Shown piece after piece: positions 1 through 6,994 of a stretch of DNA of 19,344 nt. Position numbers and translations under genes: made by a program. The first letter of the stretch is position 1. Every line of letters starts with the position of its first letter. Location: assembly GCA_963934255.1 (NCBI GenBank), contig CAWVXU010000051.1:1-19344 (forward strand), written 5' to 3'. The notes under the pieces are model-generated. The model saw only the letters and a list, made by a program, of their open reading frames with translations. It did not search any database and had not been told where the DNA came from. This DNA is from an uncultured Fibrobacterales bacterium. Lineage in GTDB: Bacteria > Fibrobacterota > Fibrobacteria > Fibrobacterales > CAWVXU01.

Positions 1-636
1 GATGTTTTGACTGAGCGCTGCATCTATTTGGTCTAGTGACTCAATCTCAACTTCAACTTTCATTTCAGTTGGTTTAGCATCAAACACTTTCTCTAGTGCG
101 GATCTAATTCCACCTGCAGCTTCGATATGATTTTCTTTGAGCATCACCATATCATAAAGTCCCATGCGATGATTTGTCCCACCACCTTGAAGTACTGCAT
201 ATTTTTGAAGAAGTCTATAACCTGGAAGGGTCTTCCTGGTGTCTAAAATTTTGGTTGCACTACCTGGAGCAATAGCTCGAACCATCTCGGCTGTCTGAGT
301 TGCAACGCCGCTTAAGTGTTGTAAGAAGTTCAGAAATGTTCTCTCAGCTGCTAACAGCGAACGAGCAGATCCACTTAGTTTAGCAATAATGTCGCCATCA
401 TGAACTGAATCAGAATCTGAGTAGAATGTTTCCACCTGAATACTTGGGTCAACTCTTTGACAGACTAATCTGATAAAATCTATCCCAGCTAAAACGCCTT
501 CGGCCTTAACTCGAAGCTCTGCTTGAGATTGTTTATCTTCTGGGATTGTCCAGTTTGCTGAGACATCTCCGGAGCCTAGATCTTCTTCTAGTGCCATATC
601 TATAAGCCGATTGGCTTCATTTATAGGAAAATTCAT
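1..636 (-). CDS. nadC: Nicotinate-nucleotide diphosphorylase (quinolinate phosphoribosyltransferase), 3' end runs off the window
   Basis: Not in ORF track. Manual translation from ATG at 636 gives MNFPINEANRLIDMALEEDLGSGDVS..., LAAERTFLNFLQHLSGVATQT and DTRKTLPGYRLLQKYAVLQGGGTNHRMGLYDMVMLKENHI, all typical NadC motifs. Confidence 0.96.
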   Translation of the reverse strand, partial: MNFPINEANRLIDMALEEDLGSGDVSANWTIPEDKQSQAELRVKAEGVLAGIDFIRLVCQRVDPSIQVETFYSDSDSVHDGDIIAKLSGSARSLLAAERTFLNFLQHLSGVATQTAEMVRAIAPGSATKILDTRKTLPGYRLLQKYAVLQGGGTNHRMGLYDMVMLKENHIEAAGGIRSALEKVFDAKPTEMKVEVEIESLDQIDAALSQNI

Positions 637-984
637 ATTTTTAAATATAAAAACAAACGATGAACTATGAGGCTAGATTAGAGTGTTCTACTAGCGCTGA
701 AGTGAAGCTTTCATTATACTTTTAAGAGTATATAGTTGAGACCCTAGAAATAAGCTCAAGACCACATATATCCTTCCAAAATTATCTCTATGAAGTTGAA
801 TTTCAGCAGAAGTGTCAAATTCACAAAATGCAATAGGGGGTTTCCAATGTTGTCCATTATCAATATGAGTCTCATACAAAAGGTGGTTATCACTACTCCT
901 CCCTATGGCGAAAATATTGGGCCCTTGTTGAATAGGTAGACTCTAATAGGAATATCATGAACTAATGTAAGCTTTTCGTTAGGC

Positions 985-1845
985 TCAGATGATGATTTGC
1001 ATCATATTTGCAAGTATTTTAATTGCCATCACCACCGAAATCAACACCATGGCAATACGGATAAATGAATCCCCCTGAGATATCTGTATAAGACTCCCAA
1101 TAAATCCACCCAAGACACAACCCATGGCATAAATTATTGCCAAATCCCACTGCACTTTCCCATAATAGAAGAAAATTGCGAAACTCTGAATCATGAATAA
1201 GGTGGCAATAGCAGATTTTAAGGCATTTATTTGAACTAATCTCATCGGTGCTAGAAGGGAAAAAGCAAAAATCAAAACAAAGCCCATCCCTACTTGAATA
1301 AATCCGCCGTAGAAACCCACCAAAACAAACCCCACAAAACTCCAGAATGATAGCTGAGGCCTTGGGGCAATGGGATAGTTCTGTTCGCCATGAATATTAC
1401 CCGCTGCGTGAGTAACCTGAGGAGTTAAAACACCTGATTTAACTTGAGAATTCGATTTGAGTTTTTTGTGATTCCGCCAAAGATACTGTACATTTAGAAG
1501 TGCGACACCAATCAATACCGCAGCTAAAAATAATTGGAAAATGGTATCAGGAATCAATACAGCGCACCATGCCCCCGCGCCTGCTCCAAGTAATATAGGC
1601 AAAACTAGGGGAGCTAAAATTTTCCAAGAAAAATACCCACGACGATAAAGACCATAAAAACTGGCGAGGTTACCCCAAATTAATCCGAATCGATTGGTTC
1701 CATTAGCCACTCCGGCAGGTATGCCCATGAGGATAAAACTTGGTAGTGAAATTGAACTTCCACCACCGGCTATAGAATTAAGAATAGCGACAACAATACC
1801 AATTCCAAATCCAAGGGCTAATTTTAGATACTCACCATCTTCCAT
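985..1845 (-). CDS. TSUP (TauE/SafE) family sulfite/organosulfur exporter-like membrane protein
   Basis: Multi-TM 286 aa; motifs NSIAGGGSSISLP, ANGTN and GFYGGFIQVGMG; two-repeat architecture. Confidence 0.88.
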   Translation of the reverse strand: MEDGEYLKLALGFGIGIVVAILNSIAGGGSSISLPSFILMGIPAGVANGTNRFGLIWGNLASFYGLYRRGYFSWKILAPLVLPILLGAGAGAWCAVLIPDTIFQLFLAAVLIGVALLNVQYLWRNHKKLKSNSQVKSGVLTPQVTHAAGNIHGEQNYPIAPRPQLSFWSFVGFVLVGFYGGFIQVGMGFVLIFAFSLLAPMRLVQINALKSAIATLFMIQSFAIFFYYGKVQWDLAIIYAMGCVLGGFIGSLIQISQGDSFIRIAMVLISVVMAIKILANMMQIII

Positions 1846-1851
1846 GAAAGA

Positions 1852-3330
1852 TTAAATGCGGGCTTTCAACATCTTAATATTGTCTTTTACTTTCTCAGCC
1901 TGAGAACTACCAGGGAACTCTTTAGCGCATTTTTCAAGCTCAACCAAAGCCTGAGTCATCATTTTACTCTGTCGTGATTTACCGCGGCCTCGAGACCTTG
2001 CCATATATTTGGCGGCTTCAGAACGGCGCTCAGTACAATAGGATTCACTAGAGGTCATAATTCTCGAGCTAGCTTGATCCCTATATTGTGAATTCACTAG
2101 ATATCGCATAAGATCTCTTACTTCAAGCCATTTAGACTTATCCAAAAGCCCGTCAGCTTCAGCCAACATTTTGATTGCTTTTACTTCATCAACTTCACCA
2201 GGTGCTTGATTGGGGGAATTAGCTGACTCGCCGAGATCAGCTCCTAGTAAAGAAGAGTTACCAGTCAGCATATTCGGAGTTGATGGAAGACCCAAATTCA
2301 ACTGGATTTTACGAAGTAGTGATTCACGTTCGACAAGTGGAAATTCACTAAGGTAATCAGGATACTCATGCTGCAGTGTTGTAATACCTGTTTGCGCAGA
2401 TTGAGCTTTACCTGAATCTAGACTCATGTCAATTTCAAATAATAAATTTACAATTTCTTTCCGGTCTCTCTTTTGAACTGAGGTTATCAATTTTTGTATA
2501 GGTTCAGCAAGAGATGCACCTTTGGGGGATCGTTCAATTTGAGCGACATCAGCTTTTAATTGTTTCCAAGTATATCCCATTCGCGCTTGATTCTGTAGCT
2601 CATTAAAACGCCCCACCCAGCTGATATGTGCAGTTTCCCAATCTGGTAACTCCTGAACAGGTTCACTTAAATTTTTAGTTTCTGACAATTGAGGCTTAGC
2701 TTCGAGAGCGGGACTTTGAGATGTCATTTTCCAGTCTTCTAAATTCAATAAGGAGTGTTTGATTCTTTTAATATCTGTCGTAGCTTGAACGATTTGATCA
2801 TGACTTAAATTTGGGTCGTCCAGGGCTGTTTTCATCCACCGCAAAGTCGATTCAAAATTTTCTAAAACTTGTACTTGAAATTGATTCCAATCCTCTAATC
2901 TCTTTAAACTTCGGACTCTAAAGTCGACTTTGTAATGCAAGAGTTCTAATTCGTTTAGTTCTTTTTTAGTTGGTTTTTTGATAATATCAACAGTTGGCTC
3001 ACTCGACTTAGTGGCTTCCTTAAATTCTTCAGGATTTCCATCCAAAACAATTTCCTCTGATTTGTTTGAATTATCAGATGGGTTATCAACTGTGTTTTTC
3101 ATTAATTTAATATTAGCCACACTGTCTTGTGGCGCTGACTTCGAGACTTCATTTACAACTTCTTTAGACACCGGCTCTACATAAAAGCTCGACCCAGTTA
3201 AATTATCTAGTTTTTTAATTGCACTGCTCGAACAACCAACAAGAAAAAAACTCGTTAGAATTAAAAACTTAAGACCCATCATTCTACTTGACCCAATTAT
3301 ATTACCTGTCATGTTTAACTCCCTGCTCAA
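1852..3330 (-). CDS. Hypothetical lipoprotein, helical, TPR-like C-terminus (true start possibly 3282 or 3279)
   Basis: MMGLKFLILTSFFLVGC lipobox; low-complexity linker after the Cys; C-terminal 'ALVELEKCAKEFPGSSQAEKVK' resembles the TPR end of CpoB/BamD-type proteins. Confidence 0.6.
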   Translation of the reverse strand: MSRELNMTGNIIGSSRMMGLKFLILTSFFLVGCSSSAIKKLDNLTGSSFYVEPVSKEVVNEVSKSAPQDSVANIKLMKNTVDNPSDNSNKSEEIVLDGNPEEFKEATKSSEPTVDIIKKPTKKELNELELLHYKVDFRVRSLKRLEDWNQFQVQVLENFESTLRWMKTALDDPNLSHDQIVQATTDIKRIKHSLLNLEDWKMTSQSPALEAKPQLSETKNLSEPVQELPDWETAHISWVGRFNELQNQARMGYTWKQLKADVAQIERSPKGASLAEPIQKLITSVQKRDRKEIVNLLFEIDMSLDSGKAQSAQTGITTLQHEYPDYLSEFPLVERESLLRKIQLNLGLPSTPNMLTGNSSLLGADLGESANSPNQAPGEVDEVKAIKMLAEADGLLDKSKWLEVRDLMRYLVNSQYRDQASSRIMTSSESYCTERRSEAAKYMARSRGRGKSRQSKMMTQALVELEKCAKEFPGSSQAEKVKDNIKMLKARI

Positions 3331-3349
3331 TAAAATCTTTATTTAATAA

Positions 3350-6300
3350 CTATTCTTCAACAAATTCTGTAGGCCAATGCACCCATGCACCAGGCGGATC
3401 ATCCACTATGGTGCCTGACATTTTATCGACTAGAACTTCACTTACTTCTCTCCCCCAATAGAGTGGGAGTCTGCTGGTAATTTGAATCTCTAAATCAAGA
3501 TAATCTACTTTTTTACGCCAATTCATATGGTCAATAAGCTCAAGTGCTGCATCGTTCCACATAGGTAAGGCACCATTGGAACCGCCAATTTTAATACGAC
3601 CACGTTTCATTGCTCTATTCTTATCAAAACCAACGTATGAGCCAATCGCAGCTCCACTTTCAAAAGAAAGTTGTCTTTGTTTGGAATCATAGCCGGCTAA
3701 GTTTCCTAGAAATGCTGCATTTCTATACCCATTAGTAGTGCCCGTTTTGCCACCGACTGGCCAATGGTACTTCAACTTTAATTTGGGGTCTTTGACTTTG
3801 ATTGCTCTATTAGCTCTAGAACCAGTTCCATTTCTTACAATGGATTCCAGTATCATGTTAACTTGTGAAACAATTTTACTTTCTAAAACTCGTTGAGACT
3901 TAATGTCTTTCTCTAGGTCATAAAGCACATTACCTTGACTATCTTCAACACGACTCACCCAAGCACCATTCCCCTGAATACTTTGATATTGAACACCAGT
4001 TGTAATACTTTGATACACTTGAATCATTTGGGAAAGTTCCACCGAAGTTGCACCAAGTACCATTGAAACGACTTCTTCAATCTTCTGTTTCATCCCCATT
4101 TGCTTCATGAACATTGCAAAAATTTTCATGGCCATTTGAGATTTAATTGTAGGGTGCTCTATAAATGATCCCTCAGCCATAAACCACTCAACAGGCTCAG
4201 TAATTGATTCATTTTTAATACTCTGGTGTATTGACTCTACCGTAGAAACTTTGATTCTACCGTCAATCCAAAAGTCTTTTAACTCCGGTTGTTCAACTTG
4301 TTCCGGTAAAAGAGTTTCTATATCACCAAAAAGTGTTTCCACCATTTGAGTTGAATCACCATCTTCATGAAGTGGATTAGGGATTTCAACCCATCCATCT
4401 TTTTTATGTTGAGGTGTCAATCCATTAATAAAAACCCCGATTCGATCAAGAGAGTCTTGAGCAAATATTGTTTTAGAATGATTCTCCTTAATCTTTTGGA
4501 CGAACTTAAAGTCTCTTAAAAAATTGTGTTCTAATAATAAAACATTTTTCCATTTTTTCAGCTTTGACTGAACCTTGATTTCTTTATCAAAACCACGTCC
4601 ATATTTGTAATTACGCAACGCGTCTGCTTCTTTAAAGTTCATGTTGAAAGATTTTTTTTCTTCTAACTGGCGTCTTACTTTTTCAAATACAACTTCATAG
4701 GCTGCGTTTTTGTTGAGGATAACGCCCCAGTCATCACGAATTCTTTTATACCATGATTTAGCGGACTCTCCAGATTGAGGGGCAACATTTATTTCTTGAG
4801 CTATTTCTATTAATTTTGTCTGATCAAGTTTATCTAAAAGGTGCATCAAAAGATAGACTGAAGCTATGTTTTCTGAGCGTGTACCAGCCCATTGTATGGT
4901 AACTTCTTCTCCTCGAATTTTGTGATCTGGATTTGGGAAATAAAATTGTTTATCAAACTGAAAAAGGTTGTACTTGTTTTCTAGTAGGTCATCAAGGCGC
5001 CATCCCAATTTTAGAGCAATTGCATAAAGCGGGATTTTCCATGACGACCCAAGTTGACGTTTGGCTGAGTGCACACGGTCAAAATCTTTATCATTAAATC
5101 CACCTACAGAAGCAAGCCAACGACCTTGGTTAAGTATTGCTGTTGCTCCTTGAATCTCAGCATTTATTAGGACATTGACTTTAACGATAGGCTTAGCAGC
5201 GGGTGTTCTTGCGTTTTCAATTGCTGCAAGTCTTAGTATTTGTCCTGGTTGTTTCCACTGCTTGGATTTAAATAGTTCTCGCGTTTTACGGTTTCCAGAT
5301 TTCTCCCCATATTCCTCAAACTTTTTTAAATCAATCACTGGGAAGATCAGTTGATATCTGCCTGCTTTGAGGTGTAAGCCTTTTTCATCTTCTTTAACAA
5401 CTTCACCGTAGAATGCCTCACCTTGAGTTAATCGCTGAGCTCTTGATGGGCTTTTCCGTTTAGGTAATTGAAAATTTTCTAAAGCTAGTGATAACCTTGT
5501 AAGGTTTTGACGTAGAGCAAGATGAGTCCCTCTTTGGATTTGAGGGTCAAGTGTTGATACTATTTTTAGATGAGCATCTTGCCAATGATCGATATCATGT
5601 TTGGCCCAAATCTTTTCAAAATCGGCTGAGTTCAAAGTAATGAGAACTTGGTTCATCCCGGTGGTTAAGGGAGATCTAAAAGTTCCACGAGAAAATTTTG
5701 TTGGAGCTTTCATTTCTCGTTCATATTCTGCTTTAGTCAAAAAATTTTCTTTTTTCATTCGACTCAAAATATATTCTATTCGATGCTGGCCTTTTTCAAT
5801 CGCACGCTTATAACTTTCATCGGTTTTTTGAATAAAAGGGTCATAATTATGTGGCCCTTTGACAGAGCCCGCAATAAAGGCTAATTGGCGAATACTTAAG
5901 TCTTTAAGATTCTTATCAAAGAAATAACGCGAGGCAATACCCACTCCACGACCTGTTCCCGTCACATAGAACTGATTAAGATAAAATTCTAAAATTTCTT
6001 CTTTGGAAAAGTTTTTTTCAAGACGCAGTGCCTGGACCAATTCGTGATATTTAGCAACTACACTCCGACCTTTACGACCGAAAATATTTTTGGCCGTTTG
6101 TTGAGATAAGGTGGAACCACCAGCAACAAATCTACGGGCTTTAAGATTGTTTAACATCGCACGAGCAAAGCCTTTGGGATTAAAGCCATTGTGTTCAAAG
6201 AAGTCCCCATCTTCCCCAGCTACAATAGCTTGTATGATTTTCTCAGGCATCTTTTCGTAAGGAATATAGCGACGGTGCTCATTTGCAAAAAAGCTCCCCA

Positions 6301-6577
6301 TAAATGTATTCTCATCATTGTAGTAGACAGATGTCTCTGAAGACAACTTTGAAAGAATATTTTCTTTAGAATATTCGTTGTTGGGATTGAGAGTTGGCAT
6401 GAAGTGAAACAGCCAAAAATAAAACCCTACACCCATCAAAGTTCCAAGTATACCCATACGCAAAAACCACTTGAATAAAAAGTTCCTAAACGAGAAGGGT
6501 TTTGACTTTCTATTTTTTCGGGCCTTAGAAGGTCTTTTGTTACTTGGTATACTGGGTTTTCTACGCTTTGTTGGCAT
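3350..6577 (-). CDS. Class A penicillin-binding protein (PBP1A-like transglycosylase/transpeptidase)
   Basis: Basic N-tail plus TM anchor; GT51 motifs EDGDFFEHNG, GGSTLSQQTAKN, KEEILEFYLN; transpeptidase motifs SSWK (SxxK), SEN (SxN), KTGTT. Confidence 0.93.
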   Translation of the reverse strand: MPTKRRKPSIPSNKRPSKARKNRKSKPFSFRNFLFKWFLRMGILGTLMGVGFYFWLFHFMPTLNPNNEYSKENILSKLSSETSVYYNDENTFMGSFFANEHRRYIPYEKMPEKIIQAIVAGEDGDFFEHNGFNPKGFARAMLNNLKARRFVAGGSTLSQQTAKNIFGRKGRSVVAKYHELVQALRLEKNFSKEEILEFYLNQFYVTGTGRGVGIASRYFFDKNLKDLSIRQLAFIAGSVKGPHNYDPFIQKTDESYKRAIEKGQHRIEYILSRMKKENFLTKAEYEREMKAPTKFSRGTFRSPLTTGMNQVLITLNSADFEKIWAKHDIDHWQDAHLKIVSTLDPQIQRGTHLALRQNLTRLSLALENFQLPKRKSPSRAQRLTQGEAFYGEVVKEDEKGLHLKAGRYQLIFPVIDLKKFEEYGEKSGNRKTRELFKSKQWKQPGQILRLAAIENARTPAAKPIVKVNVLINAEIQGATAILNQGRWLASVGGFNDKDFDRVHSAKRQLGSSWKIPLYAIALKLGWRLDDLLENKYNLFQFDKQFYFPNPDHKIRGEEVTIQWAGTRSENIASVYLLMHLLDKLDQTKLIEIAQEINVAPQSGESAKSWYKRIRDDWGVILNKNAAYEVVFEKVRRQLEEKKSFNMNFKEADALRNYKYGRGFDKEIKVQSKLKKWKNVLLLEHNFLRDFKFVQKIKENHSKTIFAQDSLDRIGVFINGLTPQHKKDGWVEIPNPLHEDGDSTQMVETLFGDIETLLPEQVEQPELKDFWIDGRIKVSTVESIHQSIKNESITEPVEWFMAEGSFIEHPTIKSQMAMKIFAMFMKQMGMKQKIEEVVSMVLGATSVELSQMIQVYQSITTGVQYQSIQGNGAWVSRVEDSQGNVLYDLEKDIKSQRVLESKIVSQVNMILESIVRNGTGSRANRAIKVKDPKLKLKYHWPVGGKTGTTNGYRNAAFLGNLAGYDSKQRQLSFESGAAIGSYVGFDKNRAMKRGRIKIGGSNGALPMWNDAALELIDHMNWRKKVDYLDLEIQITSRLPLYWGREVSEVLVDKMSGTIVDDPPGAWVHWPTEFVEE

Positions 6578-6676
6578 GAGTTCTCAAATAAGGAGGTTTA
6601 TAGGCACTATAGACTCAAAATAGAAAATACAAAACTAAAGATCGGGGCAAATCACTGAGGAATCGTGAGAAAAGTC

Positions 6677-6705
6677 TTGAAATACCTTTAGATTTAGAAT
6701 ATCTT
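6677..6705 (+). promoter_or_regulatory. Sigma70-type promoter for tRNA-Ser
   Basis: TTGAAA (6677-6682), 17 bp spacer, TATCTT (6700-6705), 20 bp upstream of the tRNA. Confidence 0.6.
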
Positions 6706-6725
6706 TGCTTACGCGTAATCGCACT

Positions 6726-6812
6726 GGGAGGATGCCCGAGTGGCCGAAGGGAACGGTTTGCTAAATCGTCGAAGTTTCACGACTTCCGAGGGTTCGAATC
6801 CCTCTTCTTCCG
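6726..6812 (+). tRNA. tRNA-Ser(GCT), long variable arm, CCA not encoded
   Basis: Acceptor GGGAGGA/TTCTTCC + G73; D-arm CCC...GGG; anticodon arm ACGGT-TTGCTAA-ATCGT; variable stem GAAGT/ACTTC; T-arm GAGGG-TTCGAAT-CCCTC. Confidence 0.97.
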
Positions 6813-6814
6813 CT

Positions 6815-6852
6815 TAAAAGCCCTAGCTTAGTTTTCTAAGCTAGGGCTTTTA
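6815..6852. terminator. Bidirectional intrinsic terminator after tRNA-Ser
   Basis: Perfect inverted repeat TAAAAGCCCTAGCTTAG-TTTT-CTAAGCTAGGGCTTTTA. Confidence 0.88.
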
Positions 6853-6910
6853 TATTTATCAGCTTGCCATGTTTTTAATCAGCTTACTAGAGAAGATTTA
6901 AATTCCCTTA

Positions 6911-6947
6911 AAAGCAAAAGAAGCCCACTCAATAGAGCGAGCTTCTT
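6911..6947 (-). terminator. Intrinsic terminator of secDF
   Basis: Minus strand AAGAAGCTCGCTC-TATT-GAGTGGGCTTCTT followed by TTGCTTTT; the two imperfect pairs are G:U only on this strand. Confidence 0.75.
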
Positions 6948-6955
6948 AAACTCAG

Positions 6956-6981
6956 TTCATCAACTCAAATGAGTCGATGAA
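6956..6981 (-). other. Additional stem-loop in the secDF 3' UTR
   Basis: Minus strand TTCATCGACTC-ATTT-GAGTTGATGAA, one G:U pair, no U-tract. Confidence 0.55.
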
Positions 6982-6994
6982 AATCACCATTCAA

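Noticed and set aside
4130..4830. PBP insertion as an intein
   Set aside because: No clear C/S start paired with an HN-C/S/T end and no LAGLIDADG motif; the domain is also extracytoplasmic.
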